A stretch of 64,000 nucleotides of DNA from Alphaproteobacteria bacterium (GTDB lineage Bacteria > Pseudomonadota > Alphaproteobacteria > UBA828). Below the pieces are notes generated by a model. That model searched no databases and was not told the origin of the DNA. It saw nothing but the letters and a program-made list of their open reading frames with translations. This document shows, in pieces, positions 1 to 10,053 of this stretch (positions within the stretch are counted from its first letter, which is position 1; the number at the start of each line of letters is the position of its first letter). The stretch spans positions 2,048,001-2,112,000 of the forward strand of contig OZ243972.1 of the NCBI GenBank assembly GCA_965214705.1. Reading direction: 5' to 3'. The position numbers were made by a program, and so were the translations under genes.

Positions 1-211
1 CCTTGCCGGCTGACCAGCGCGCTGTTTGCTCCGAGCGTAACGCATGTGCTTGCCGGCTACGAGGGGCGGCAGCATGTTGACACCCTTTGGGGCGTCGCGC
101 GGTTCTAGCCGGCGCCCCTTGCGCTCACGCATTGCGGCTCGGCAACCGGCGCCGCTTGCTTCAGCATACTGATCGTCTAGGCTCGGCCCCCCACTCCAAG
201 GGAGAGCCCCG

Positions 212-730
212 ATGAGCCAGGCCGCCGCTTCCGTCACCCGCATCTCGGCGCCAAGTGCCCACCCCTTCTCGCCGCCCGATATCGTGCTCGCGACCGACCC
301 TGAGGACGAGCGCATCTGGGTGCCGCTGAAGGAGGGCGTCTGGCTGCGCCCGCTGATGTACAACACCGTGCAAGGCGGCTGGTGCGAGGTGGTCAAGGTC
401 ACGGGCGGCGGCTTCGTCTCGCGCCACCGGCACCCGGCGCCGGTCCATGGCCTCGTGCTCAAGGGCGCCTTCCGCTATCTCGAGCACGACTGGATCGCCG
501 ATCAGGGCACCTACATCTACGAGCCACCGGGCGAGGTGCACACCCTCGTGGTCGACGACGACTGCCCCGAGATGCACTGCTTCTTCGCGATCTCGGGCTC
601 GGTCAACTATGTGGACGAGGAAGGCCAGGACGTCCGCGCCGAGGATGTCTTCCACCGCCTCGACCGCGCGCGTGAGCACTACGAGGAGGTCGGCCTCGGC
701 GCCGACTACGTGAAGAACTTCGTGCGCTGA
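212..730 (+). CDS. Cupin-domain protein (ChrR-like / 2,4'-dihydroxyacetophenone dioxygenase family)
   Basis: Cupin metal motifs RHRHPAPVHG and YIYEPPGEVHTL; GGAGAG RBS upstream. Confidence 0.85.
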   Translation: MSQAAASVTRISAPSAHPFSPPDIVLATDPEDERIWVPLKEGVWLRPLMYNTVQGGWCEVVKVTGGGFVSRHRHPAPVHGLVLKGAFRYLEHDWIADQGTYIYEPPGEVHTLVVDDDCPEMHCFFAISGSVNYVDEEGQDVRAEDVFHRLDRAREHYEEVGLGADYVKNFVR

Positions 731-781
731 GCACGTGCCGGGGATCGCTTGCTCAAGGCATCGGGAGGCGGAGGCATCGCA

Positions 782-994
782 ATGCAAGAGGGGTTCGCGG
801 CGGTCGTAAAGCAATCCGGTCCCTGGTGGATCGGATGGATCGAAGAAATTCCCGGTGTCAATTGCCAGGGGCGCACCAGAGAAGAGCTGCTGGAAACGCT
901 TCGGGTAACCTTGCGTGAGGCATTGGAGCTCAATCGCCGTGAGGCCATCGAGGCCGCCGGGCACGATTATGAGGAAGCAACGGTCGTCATATGA
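782..994 (+). CDS. hicB: HicB-family antitoxin
   Basis: WWIGWIEEIPGVNCQGRTREELLETL signature; GGAGG RBS before ATG 782. Confidence 0.85.
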   Translation: MQEGFAAVVKQSGPWWIGWIEEIPGVNCQGRTREELLETLRVTLREALELNRREAIEAAGHDYEEATVVI

Positions 995-1086
995 AACGCC
1001 GCAAACTCGTGCGGCACCTGCGACAACATCACTCGTGTCACGCCCTCACTTGCGGTAGTGCATGGCAACGCCTGCCGCACCTATAA
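991..1086 (+). pseudogene. Truncated HicA toxin remnant
   Basis: ATGA overlap with hicB stop; MKRRKLVRHLRQH resembles the HicA N-terminus, then similarity is lost and the frame closes at 31 codons. Confidence 0.6.
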
Positions 1087-1119
1087 TGCGCCGCCGGTGA
1101 GCGAGGGGGAGCAGCCACC

Positions 1120-1998
1120 ATGTATCCAGCACCGATCGACGAGTATGTGCGGCCGGCGACGGTCGCGGACGCGCTCGCCGCACTCGGCCGCTACGACGAA
1201 GGCGACGCGGTCTTCGTGGCCGGCGGCCAGAGCCTCATGCAGGCGGTCAAGGCGCGGCTGGTCCGCCCACGCTGCCTGATCGACCTCCAGGCGGTGGATG
1301 GGCTCGCCGGCATCGATGTCGGCACGGACGGGGTCCGCATCGGGCCGATGACCCGCTACGCGGAGATCGCCCGTGACGAGCGCCTCACCGGCGCCTGCGC
1401 CGCGCTCCGCGACGCGGCCCAGCGCGTTGGCGACCGGCAGGTGCGCAACCGGGGCACCATCGGCGGCAGCCTCTGCTGGAACTATGTCGCCGCCTGCATG
1501 CCGCCCACCGTGATCGGGTTGGGTGCTGAGCTGGAACTGACGGCGGCCGACGGCGGCACGCGCACCCTCGCAGCGGAAGACTTCATCGGCGGCCCGCTGG
1601 AGACGGCGCGGGAGGAGAACGAGATCCTCACGGCCATCACCATCCCGGCGGCCAAGGGGAGCGCCGGCAGCGCCTACAAGAAGTGGGGCCTCGTCACCGA
1701 CGCGCTGCCGGTGATCGGGGTCTGCGTCGCGTTGGAGGCGGCCGACGGGCGCTGCACCAGCGCGCGCGTCGCTGTCGGCGGGCTCGCGAACGGGCCCACG
1801 CGCTCGGGCGCTGCCGAGGAGGCGCTGGTCGGCGTCGCCGCCGGCGATGGAGACGGCATCGCGGCGGCGCTCGCCAAGGCCGCAGACGAGATCGAGACCC
1901 AGGAGGATCTCTGGGCCGATAGCGACTATCGCAAGCAGTTGATTCGCTCGCTGGGTGCCGAGGTCACGGCCACGGCCTTCGCGCGAGCGGCGGGCTAG
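1120..1998 (+). CDS. Molybdenum hydroxylase FAD-binding (medium, CoxM/CutM-like) subunit
   Basis: AGGQSL and VRNRGTIGGS FAD motifs. Confidence 0.92.
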   Translation: MYPAPIDEYVRPATVADALAALGRYDEGDAVFVAGGQSLMQAVKARLVRPRCLIDLQAVDGLAGIDVGTDGVRIGPMTRYAEIARDERLTGACAALRDAAQRVGDRQVRNRGTIGGSLCWNYVAACMPPTVIGLGAELELTAADGGTRTLAAEDFIGGPLETAREENEILTAITIPAAKGSAGSAYKKWGLVTDALPVIGVCVALEAADGRCTSARVAVGGLANGPTRSGAAEEALVGVAAGDGDGIAAALAKAADEIETQEDLWADSDYRKQLIRSLGAEVTATAFARAAG

Positions 1999-2020
1999 GA
2001 GCGGGGAGAGGAATCCAGCA

Positions 2021-2494
2021 ATGAGCACCACCACGATCACGGTGACGATCAACGGCGAGGTCTTCGAGGAGACCGTGCCGGTCCGCATGCTGCTGGTCGA
2101 CTTCATCCGCGAGCGCGCGGCGCTCACCGGCACCCACATCGGCTGCACCTACGAGGGCGTCTGCGGCGCCTGCACGGTCCAGATCGATGGCGAGGCGGTG
2201 AAGTCCTGCCTGATGGTCGCCGCCCAGGCCGACGGGCACGAGATCACCACCGTCGAGGGTCTGGCCCAGGGCGGCGAGCTCTCGCCCCTGCAGCGCGCCT
2301 TCAACGAGCAGCACGCCCTGCAGTGCGGCTACTGCACGCCGGGCATCCTGATGAACATGGACGAGTTCCTGCGCGAGAACCCGGACCCGACGGACGACGA
2401 GATCCGTCACGGGCTGGTCGGCAATCTCTGCCGGTGCACCGGCTATGCGCACATCGTCGACGCGGTCCGTCAGGCCGCGAAAGAGACCAGGTGA
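2021..2494 (+). CDS. Molybdenum hydroxylase 2Fe-2S (small, CoxS-like) subunit
   Basis: GCxxGxCGAC, QCGYC and GNLCRC cysteine motifs; start moved to ATG 2021 after GAGAGGA. Confidence 0.93.
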   Translation: MSTTTITVTINGEVFEETVPVRMLLVDFIRERAALTGTHIGCTYEGVCGACTVQIDGEAVKSCLMVAAQADGHEITTVEGLAQGGELSPLQRAFNEQHALQCGYCTPGILMNMDEFLRENPDPTDDEIRHGLVGNLCRCTGYAHIVDAVRQAAKETR

Positions 2495-4908
2495 CGGAGG
2501 CGAAGCGGATGACCGGGACAAGCGAAGGCTGGGTCGGCAGCCACTTCCACCGCAAGGAAGACCACCGCCTCATCACCGGCAAGGGGCGGTTCCTGGCCGA
2601 TATCGCGCGGCCGGGCGCGCTCCACATCGTGTTCAAGCGGAGCGATCACGCGCATGCCACGATAAAGAGCGTCGACGTGAGCGCGGCCGAGGCGATGGCG
2701 GGCGTTGTCGCGGTCGTCACCGGCGACGACATCAAGGACGAGATACTGCCCATGCCGCAGCCGGTGGTGCAGCCCGCGCTGCCCGCCACCTACCCAAAGC
2801 ACTGGCCGCTCGCGGTCGGCAAGGTGAAGTGGCACGGCGAGCCGGTGGCGGCGGTGATCGCCCGCGATCCCTACGTCGCTGCAGACGCGGCCGAGGCCAT
2901 CGAGGTCGATTACGACCCGCTGCCCTACGTCGGCGATGCCGAGAGCGCGCTCGCGGACGGCGCCACCATCGTCCACGAGGACTGGCCCGACAACATCATC
3001 TTCCAGATGGATTTCACCGGCGGCGCCGACGAGGAAAGCCAGCGGGCGCACGAGGCCAAGGTTCAGGAGGTCTTCGACGGCGCGGATATCGTGATCAAGC
3101 AGCGCTTCACCTGCCACCGCTGCGGCGTAGCGCCGATGGAGACCAGAGGCGCGCTCTTCGAGTGGGACGAGTCGGATGGCCTGACCGGCTGGCTCACCAC
3201 CCAGCGGCCCCATATCGACCGCCTTGCGCTCTCGGACATCCTCGAAATCCCCGCCGAGAAGATCCGCATCATCGCGCCGCGCGACCAGGGTGGCGGCTTC
3301 GGCGTCAAGGCGCCGTTCTACCGCGAGCCCATGCTGATCGCTTACATGGCGAAGAAGCTTGGCCGTCCGATCCGCTGGATCGAAACCCGCCAGGAACACC
3401 TGATGGCGGTGAGCCAGGAGCGCGACCAGATTCACGATCTCGAGGTCGCGGCAGCGAGTGACGGCAAGCTGCTCGCGATCCGCGATCGCGGCCTCGCCGA
3501 CTGCGGCGACGGCTGCGAGGGGGTCTACTGGGGCTTCCTGATGCCCTTCCTCGGCGCGGTCGAGCTGCCCAACGCCTACGACTGGCCGATCGGCGACATC
3601 AAGGTGAAGGTCGCCATCACCAACAAGTCGGCGCTCTCGCCGGCCCGCGCCTTCGGCGAGTTTCCCACGCGCTTCGCCATGGAGCGCGCCATCGACATGG
3701 TGGCCAAGCGCTGCGGCATGGAGCCGGCGGACGTGCGCCGCAAGAACCTGGTCGCCACGCTCCCCCACATGTCGATTACCAACGAGTATTTCGACAGCGG
3801 CGACTTCATCAAGGTGTGGGACAACCTGATGGCAGAGGCCGACCTGCCGGGCTTCCGCGCGCGCCAGGCGGAGGCGCGGGCCGAAGGCCGCTATCTCGGC
3901 ATCGGCTTCGGCCTCGGCGTGGAGCTTTCGGGCGTCGCCTCCGAGCTGTTCGTGCCGATGGAGAACCAGCCGGGCTATGGTGCGGCGACGGTGCGGCTCG
4001 ACCCGCGCGGCAAGGTGCTGGTGTTCGAGGGCGACGCGCCCGGCGGGCAGGGGCACGAGACCACGGTGGCCCAGGCGGTCGCCCACAGCTTTGGCATCCA
4101 CCCCAACGACGTGGTGGTGACCACCGGGGACACGGGCACCACGCCTTTCGGCTCCGGCACCGTCGGCGCCCGCGCCGGTTCCTACTTCGTCAGCGCCGCG
4201 GTCCAGGCCTGCGACTTCCTGAAGGACAAGATCGGGCGCATCATGGCCCACGATCTGGCCCTTGCGGACACGTCGCCGGCGGACTTCGAGTTCAGGGACG
4301 GCTTCGTCACCTACCAGAAGGACGCGAACATCAAGAAGACGTTCCGCGAGGCGGTGGAGCGCGTCATCATGGCGCCGATCAACCTGCCTGAAGGCGAATC
4401 CGGCGGCCTGGAGCATACCGCCTTCTTCGAGGCCGAGAAGCCGATGATCGCCTTCAACGCCGATGTCTGCACGGTCGAGGTCGATATCGAGACCGGCCAG
4501 TTCAAGATCCTGAGCTGGACCACGTCGGAGGACGTGGGGCAGATCATCAACCCGCAGATCGTCGAGGGGCAGATGCAGGGTGCCATCGTCCAGGGGCTGT
4601 CGAACACCATGTTCGAGGAGTTCGTCTACGACGAGAACGGCCAGCAGCTCACCGCCGATTTCGAGAACTACAAGCTCGCGACTGCGGCCGATGTGCCGGA
4701 CATCAAGGTGACCCATGCGCCGACGCCCTGCCCGTACACGCCGCTCGGCAGCCGCGGCATCGGCGAGGGGCGGCCGTCCGACGTGCCGGGCACGCTCTGC
4801 AACGCGATCTGCGATGCGCTTGAGCCTTTCGGCATCGAGATCACGGACCTGCCGCTCAGGCCGGATTCGCTCTGGCGCAAGATCCAGGCGGCGCGCGGGG
4901 CCTCCTAG
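2491..4908 (+). CDS. Xanthine dehydrogenase-family molybdopterin-binding (large) subunit
   Basis: GGGFGVK, GQGHET, EGQMQG and RGIGE motifs; GTG start overlaps the stop of the small subunit. Confidence 0.92.
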   Translation: MTEAKRMTGTSEGWVGSHFHRKEDHRLITGKGRFLADIARPGALHIVFKRSDHAHATIKSVDVSAAEAMAGVVAVVTGDDIKDEILPMPQPVVQPALPATYPKHWPLAVGKVKWHGEPVAAVIARDPYVAADAAEAIEVDYDPLPYVGDAESALADGATIVHEDWPDNIIFQMDFTGGADEESQRAHEAKVQEVFDGADIVIKQRFTCHRCGVAPMETRGALFEWDESDGLTGWLTTQRPHIDRLALSDILEIPAEKIRIIAPRDQGGGFGVKAPFYREPMLIAYMAKKLGRPIRWIETRQEHLMAVSQERDQIHDLEVAAASDGKLLAIRDRGLADCGDGCEGVYWGFLMPFLGAVELPNAYDWPIGDIKVKVAITNKSALSPARAFGEFPTRFAMERAIDMVAKRCGMEPADVRRKNLVATLPHMSITNEYFDSGDFIKVWDNLMAEADLPGFRARQAEARAEGRYLGIGFGLGVELSGVASELFVPMENQPGYGAATVRLDPRGKVLVFEGDAPGGQGHETTVAQAVAHSFGIHPNDVVVTTGDTGTTPFGSGTVGARAGSYFVSAAVQACDFLKDKIGRIMAHDLALADTSPADFEFRDGFVTYQKDANIKKTFREAVERVIMAPINLPEGESGGLEHTAFFEAEKPMIAFNADVCTVEVDIETGQFKILSWTTSEDVGQIINPQIVEGQMQGAIVQGLSNTMFEEFVYDENGQQLTADFENYKLATAADVPDIKVTHAPTPCPYTPLGSRGIGEGRPSDVPGTLCNAICDALEPFGIEITDLPLRPDSLWRKIQAARGAS

Positions 4909-4944
4909 GCCGTATCCCCCTGCCGTGCCGCGCGGATAGGGGCG

Positions 4945-6291
4945 ATGGCGGGAGACAGAGTACGGATCGGCTCCGGCGCGGGCTTCGCCGGCGACCGCTG
5001 GGAGCCGGCGGTCGAGTTGGTCGAACGCGGCGGCATCGACTACATCGCCTTCGAGTGCCTGGCCGAGCGCACCATCGCGCGCGAAACCCTCGCGCTGCGG
5101 CGGGGGCAGGGGAGCGGCTACAACCCCCAGCTTGAGGACCGTATGCGCGCGGTGCTGCCGCCGGCCGCGACGCAGGGCGTGCGCGTGCTCAGCAACATGG
5201 GCGCCGCCGATCCGCTGGCGGCGGGCCGCAAGACGGCCGAGATCGCGGCCGAGCTCGGGCTCGACGATCGCCGTTGCGCGGTGCTGCTGGGCGACGATGT
5301 GCGGGGCGCCGTCACCGCCCGCCCCGACCTGCCGCTGATGGAGACCGGCGCGCCGCTGGAGAGCATCCTGCCGCGTATGGCGTCTGCGAACGCCTACTTG
5401 GGGGCCGACGCGGTGACGTCGGCGCTGGAAACGGGGGCGCCGGTGGTAGTGACCGGCCGGGTCGCCGACCCCTCGCTCTTCGTCGGCCCCATCATCCATG
5501 CGCTGGGCTGGGATTACGACGACTACGTCAGTCTCGCGCAGGCCACGGCGACGGGTCACCTGCTTGAATGCGCGGGCCAGGTGACCGGCGGCTACTTCGC
5601 CGACCCCGGCGTCAAGGACGTGGCCGGCCTCGCGCGCCTCGGCTTCCCTTTCGCCGACGTGAGCGATGCAGGCTCGGTCACCATCGGCAAGTGCGCCGGC
5701 TCAGGCGGGCGCATCGACGCCGCCACCTGCACCGAGCAGCTGCTCTACGAGGTCGACGATCCGTCGGCCTACGTCACGCCCGACTGCGTGCTGGACATGA
5801 CCGGCATCGCCTTTCGTGAGGTCGGGCCCGACCGCGTGGCGGTCTCAGGTGCGCGGGCGCAGCCGCGCACCGATACCTACAAGGTGAGCATCGGCTATTT
5901 CGACGGCTACCTGGGCGAGGGACTGCTCTCCTACGGCGGACCCAACGCGGTCGCTCGCGCCCGGCTCGCTGGCGAGATCGTGGCCGAGAGGCTGCGCCTG
6001 CGCGGCTTCGCCTACAACGCGTTGGATGCCCGCCTGATCGGGATCGACAGCCTGCACGGGCCTGGCGCGGGCCGGCCCGAGCCCTACGAGGTCAGGCTCC
6101 GCGTCACCGGCCGCACGCAGGACAGGAAGGCGGCAGAAGCGGTGGGCTTCGAGGTCGCGGCGCTTTACACCAACGGGCCGGCGGGCGGGGCAGGGGACGC
6201 GGCGAGCGTGCGCGAGATCCTCGCGGTGCAGTCCGTGCTGCTGCCGCGCCATCTGGTCACGCCCCGCGTCGAGGTGGCGGACGCCGGCTGA
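4945..6291 (+). CDS. Acyclic terpene utilisation AtuA family protein (DUF1446)
   Basis: RIGSGAGFAGDR, FECLAERT, TGRVADPSL, GHLLECAGQVTGG and YTNGPAGGAG. Confidence 0.9.
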   Translation: MAGDRVRIGSGAGFAGDRWEPAVELVERGGIDYIAFECLAERTIARETLALRRGQGSGYNPQLEDRMRAVLPPAATQGVRVLSNMGAADPLAAGRKTAEIAAELGLDDRRCAVLLGDDVRGAVTARPDLPLMETGAPLESILPRMASANAYLGADAVTSALETGAPVVVTGRVADPSLFVGPIIHALGWDYDDYVSLAQATATGHLLECAGQVTGGYFADPGVKDVAGLARLGFPFADVSDAGSVTIGKCAGSGGRIDAATCTEQLLYEVDDPSAYVTPDCVLDMTGIAFREVGPDRVAVSGARAQPRTDTYKVSIGYFDGYLGEGLLSYGGPNAVARARLAGEIVAERLRLRGFAYNALDARLIGIDSLHGPGAGRPEPYEVRLRVTGRTQDRKAAEAVGFEVAALYTNGPAGGAGDAASVREILAVQSVLLPRHLVTPRVEVADAG

Positions 6292-6626
6292 TGCTGATCG
6301 TCCACGACCTCGCCCACGCCCGCGCCGGCGACAAGGGGCATTCCGTCAACGTCTCGGTGACCGCCTATGACGAGGCGGGCTACGAGCGGCTCAAGCGCGA
6401 ACTGACCGAAGCGCGCGTGGCGGCGGCCTTCGCCGCGCTCGCGGACGGCCCGGTGCGCCGCTACGCCCTGCCGGGGCTCGGGGCGTTCAACTTCGTCATC
6501 GAGCGGGTGCAGGGCGGCGGCGTCACCGCGACCGGCGCGCTCGACATCCACGGCAAGAGCCTGTCCTCGCTGATGCTCACGATCCCGCTGCCCGGCAACG
6601 AGCCGGAGGGCGAGACGCCGGGCTGA
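6291..6626 (+). CDS. Small AtuA-associated protein
   Basis: LAHARAGDKG...LDIHGKSLS motif; overlaps the atuA stop. Confidence 0.85.
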   Translation: MLIVHDLAHARAGDKGHSVNVSVTAYDEAGYERLKRELTEARVAAAFAALADGPVRRYALPGLGAFNFVIERVQGGGVTATGALDIHGKSLSSLMLTIPLPGNEPEGETPG

Positions 6627-6636
6627 CTCGAGAATC

Positions 6637-7221
6637 TCACAAGGGCCAGGGTCTGCCCGGCATGCGAAGCCCCACGCCGCGCTCTGGTGGGATCTTAGGG
6701 ACGCCTGTTGTTCTTGAGGCTACGCAGTCTTTGGCGGTGCACGCCGGCTCGCATTCCTCGTATACCGAACACACTTCGTAACGCACATCAAGTCTTTCAT
6801 GAAGAAACTCATCGAACCGCTCAAAAAGTGGAGGATTAACTGTCTCTGGTTCGACCCTAAGAATAACTTTCTGTCTTCCCACACCCAGATAACTGCCGAA
6901 CGATAAGTCGATGTAACCCGGAGGCGTATTTCCTACAATTAAGCCCTCTTCCTGCATCTTCTTGACAACCGATTCCATATCGCTCGTCTGCCCGTCCAAC
7001 TCTACAGATTTGTAGTTGATCTTAGCGGGGCCGGAGCCTTCATTCATCAGGAGAATCCCCAACATTTCACGCCCTGTATCACTCGTGATCACGGGCAATA
7101 CCCAAGGTGTAGCTGTCAATCTATGATGCTCTCTGGTCTCGATGCTTGTCCAGACCAGAGCCGCCGCAGTTACAATAGAGACCACGAGACCGGCCCATGC
7201 TATCAAGTTCTTTAGCTTCAT
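6637..7221 (-). CDS. Hypothetical protein with N-terminal transmembrane helix, lower GC than flanks
   Basis: 194-aa ORF, hydrophobic N-terminus, GAAGGA RBS, AT-richer codon usage. Confidence 0.65.
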   Translation of the reverse strand: MKLKNLIAWAGLVVSIVTAAALVWTSIETREHHRLTATPWVLPVITSDTGREMLGILLMNEGSGPAKINYKSVELDGQTSDMESVVKKMQEEGLIVGNTPPGYIDLSFGSYLGVGRQKVILRVEPETVNPPLFERFDEFLHERLDVRYEVCSVYEECEPACTAKDCVASRTTGVPKIPPERGVGLRMPGRPWPL

Positions 7222-7393
7222 GAGTTTTTTCCTTCGGCCTTAGTCCTGACCGCTTGCTGAAACGGCGGAGAGCTACAGTATCTCGCCGCGTCGGAGGTGC
7301 GACGATTTTGTCCCTCCCGCGTTGGAGCGTCCACAACGGAGGAATGTTCGCATACTCCGCCTGTAATGCTATCGATTGCGGCGACACGAACGA

Positions 7394-7505
7394 CTCCCAC
7401 CTCCCCCTGTCCCCCTCCCCCGAAGGCGGAGGGGGAACGTAGGTGGCGCTGCCTACTTTCCCTCTCCGCCCCTGGGGGCGGAAAGGGTCGGGGTGAGGTG
7501 GGGGT
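7394..7505. repeat. REP/RIME-like inverted pair of GC hairpins
   Basis: CCCACCTCCCCC...GGCGGAGGGGGAA mirrored by TTCCCTCTCCGCCCC...GGGGTGAGGTGGGG. Confidence 0.65.
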
Positions 7506-7592
7506 TTCTCGGGCCGCACTGCATGCGAAATGAGGAACAGTGCGGTAAGTGGGTGCGAACCCGTCCGGTCGGATGGCGCTCCAGGCGCGCCG

Positions 7593-8036
7593 CTAAGCGG
7601 CCGTATCGAGCCAGATCGTGACCGGGCCGTCGTTGACGAGGTGGACCTGCATCTCCTGCCCGAAGCGTCCGGTCTGGACCGGCACGCCGTGCTCGGCGAG
7701 GGAGGCGGCGAAGAGCTCGTAGAGCCGCTCGCCCTCATCCGGCGGGGCGGCGTGGGAGAAGCCCGGCCGGTTGCCGCGGCTGGTGTCGGCCGCCAGCGTG
7801 AACTGGCTCACGACCAGGGCGCTGCCTTCGCTCTTCAGGATCGAGAGGTTCATCTTGCCGGGCTCGCTCTCGAAGATGCGCAGGTTGGCGGTCTTGCGCG
7901 CAAGGAACTGCGCCTGCTCGTCGCCGTCGCCCTGCATCGCGCAGACCAGAACCAGCATGCCGTTGGCGATCTCGGCGACGGTCTCGCCTGCGATATCGAC
8001 GCGGGCTTGCGAGACCCGCTGGATCAGCGCCCTCAT
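7593..8036 (-). CDS. dtd: D-aminoacyl-tRNA deacylase
   Basis: [20 protein letters not shown] and NDGPVT motifs. Confidence 0.97.
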   Translation of the reverse strand: MRALIQRVSQARVDIAGETVAEIANGMLVLVCAMQGDGDEQAQFLARKTANLRIFESEPGKMNLSILKSEGSALVVSQFTLAADTSRGNRPGFSHAAPPDEGERLYELFAASLAEHGVPVQTGRFGQEMQVHLVNDGPVTIWLDTAA

Positions 8037-8326
8037 GTCTCGATCGGCGCGTGGTAGGTGCGCACGGGCGCCTCGGCAAGCAGGGCCAGGAAGTCATCCA
8101 GCGCACCGGCCTCCTCCAGGGAGGCGAGGGAGGCCTTGTGCGCCTCCGCCGAGGTCCATTCCTCGACGATGATCAGCCTGTCCGGCGTGACGGCATCGAC
8201 CACGAGCTCGACGCGAGAGCAGCCCTCCAATCCGGGGTTCTCGCCCACGAAGGGCGTGAGCATCTCGACCACCTCCTGTCGCTTGCCCGGCTTCGCGGTC
8301 GCGCGCACCAGCACCAACACGCTCAT
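8033..8326 (-). CDS. Antibiotic biosynthesis monooxygenase (ABM) family protein
   Basis: AKPGKR...EGC...[11 protein letters not shown] pattern; GGAGGGAG RBS. Confidence 0.8.
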   Translation of the reverse strand: MSVLVLVRATAKPGKRQEVVEMLTPFVGENPGLEGCSRVELVVDAVTPDRLIIVEEWTSAEAHKASLASLEEAGALDDFLALLAEAPVRTYHAPIET

Positions 8327-8428
8327 CTCTCTCCCTCCCTCAAACGGCAGGCGCATGGAGGCCGGGGCTGCGCGCCCCGGCCCCATGTGCCTCGGCTACA
8401 AGGCTATATGGAGTGGAGTCCTGTCAAG

Positions 8429-9823
8429 TTAGCCGTAATAGCCGCCGTCCTCCATCAGCCGCCTGGTGCGGTCGTCCATGGCCTTGAGTGCGGACTCGAT
8501 ATCCTTCTCGCCGTTGACGAAGTCGGCGCACTCCTCGCCCATGAGCGCCTGGATGGCGTTCGCCTCCGGGATCTGCATGAGATAGGGCACCGTGTACGGG
8601 AAGGCGCGATAGAGGCCCGCGAGGAAGTTGTGGTCCTGATTGCGCGCCAGGATCGAGGCGCGCGCCGGCTGCGCGCCCGCCGCAACCTTGGCGTCGCCGA
8701 TCGCGGGATCGGTGTAATCGCCCGAGTTGAAGTACTGCATCCAGGCGAACGCGGCCTCCTTGTTCTCCCCGCCCGAATTGATGAACTGGCCGAGCCCGCC
8801 CATTTGCGGCTTGTGGCCGCTGCCCTCGCTCTGGCCCTTGGGCGGCAGATCGACATGGATCACCTCGTGGAACTCGGTGAAGCCCGGATCGTTCAGCACC
8901 GCCGTGCCCCAGTTCAGCGGGCCATAGACCGACGTGCCATTGGCCATGGACTTGTTCACTTCGTCCTCGGTGGCGTTGGCACTGACCGGATGGGCGTACT
9001 TCATGAGCTGCTCAATGACGCGCATCGCTTCGTAGCCCGCGTCGGTCGCGAAGGCCGGGTTCCAGCCGCCCGGCTCCATCTTGTCGAACCACCAGCCGCC
9101 GCAGGTCGCGTGCACGCCCCAGAACACGGTGCCGGCCCAGGCGCCGCGCTGGAAGCAGGAGACGAAGCCGTACTGGTCCTGATCCGGCGCGTGCAGCTCC
9201 TGCGCCGCGCTGATCGCGTCGTCCCAGTTCATCGGCAGCGCGATGCCGGCGGCATCGAAGACGTCCTTGCGGTAGAAGGTCGTCATGACGTTGCCATCGT
9301 CGGTGAGCCCGTGCAGCTCGCCGTCGCCCGACGGAATGCGATAGAGGTCGCTGACCTGCTTCGGCACGTCGGTGAGGTAGTCGTCGCGCCAGCCGGGATC
9401 CTTGGCCAGGTGATCCTCGATCGAATCCATGGCACCGGTGGCGTGGATGGCGGGGAAGCGCCCCCAGTCGATATAGGTGCAGTCGAAGTCCGCCGACTTG
9501 ACCGCCATGCGCGCGATCACGGTCTGGAAGAAGTCCGAGATCGGCTGCCCGGCGAAGTTCACCTCGACGTTGGGATAAACCTTGTTGAAGAGCGGCTGCA
9601 CCGCCCGCTGGGTGTCGCCCCAGCGCTTGCCCTCGGCGAAATAGAGGGTGATCTGGCCGCCCACGTCGGCGAAGACCTCCTTAGGCTGATAGGTCGCCGC
9701 GATGGCGCCGACCGCCGCCGCCGTGCTCGCTTGCAGGAACCGGCGCCGGGTCAGCCAATTCTTGCGATCGGCCGCAACCTGCGCCTCGATGGATTGCCGC
9801 GCCTCATGATCACGATCGTTCAT
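8429..9823 (-). CDS. Tat-exported ABC extracellular solute-binding protein (family 1, sugar-type)
   Basis: Twin-arginine TRRRFLQ signal; FYRKDVFDAAGIALPMNWDD; no permease genes adjacent. Confidence 0.85.
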   Translation of the reverse strand: MNDRDHEARQSIEAQVAADRKNWLTRRRFLQASTAAAVGAIAATYQPKEVFADVGGQITLYFAEGKRWGDTQRAVQPLFNKVYPNVEVNFAGQPISDFFQTVIARMAVKSADFDCTYIDWGRFPAIHATGAMDSIEDHLAKDPGWRDDYLTDVPKQVSDLYRIPSGDGELHGLTDDGNVMTTFYRKDVFDAAGIALPMNWDDAISAAQELHAPDQDQYGFVSCFQRGAWAGTVFWGVHATCGGWWFDKMEPGGWNPAFATDAGYEAMRVIEQLMKYAHPVSANATEDEVNKSMANGTSVYGPLNWGTAVLNDPGFTEFHEVIHVDLPPKGQSEGSGHKPQMGGLGQFINSGGENKEAAFAWMQYFNSGDYTDPAIGDAKVAAGAQPARASILARNQDHNFLAGLYRAFPYTVPYLMQIPEANAIQALMGEECADFVNGEKDIESALKAMDDRTRRLMEDGGYYG

Positions 9824-10053
9824 GATCCGCACTCCCTGGTTCTCGGTTATCGAGTTTCTTGTGCCGGGAGGCGCTCTCGGCGTCCTTCGCGACGCCGTTC
9901 AACCGGAATGACGTAAAACGGCTCTCCCGGCTTGATGGCTGGAACCGTAGCACGGGGCGCGGGAAGGTGGCGAGCGCACAGGGCCGCCTACCAATTGCGA
10001 CCCGAGAGCCACCGTGTACCATCTGCGCCGCCAAGGGTGAGTGGAGGGGGAGT

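Noticed and set aside
1120-4908. Aerobic CO dehydrogenase
   Set aside because: Lacks the AYRCSFR or AYRGAGR loop and cox accessory genes.
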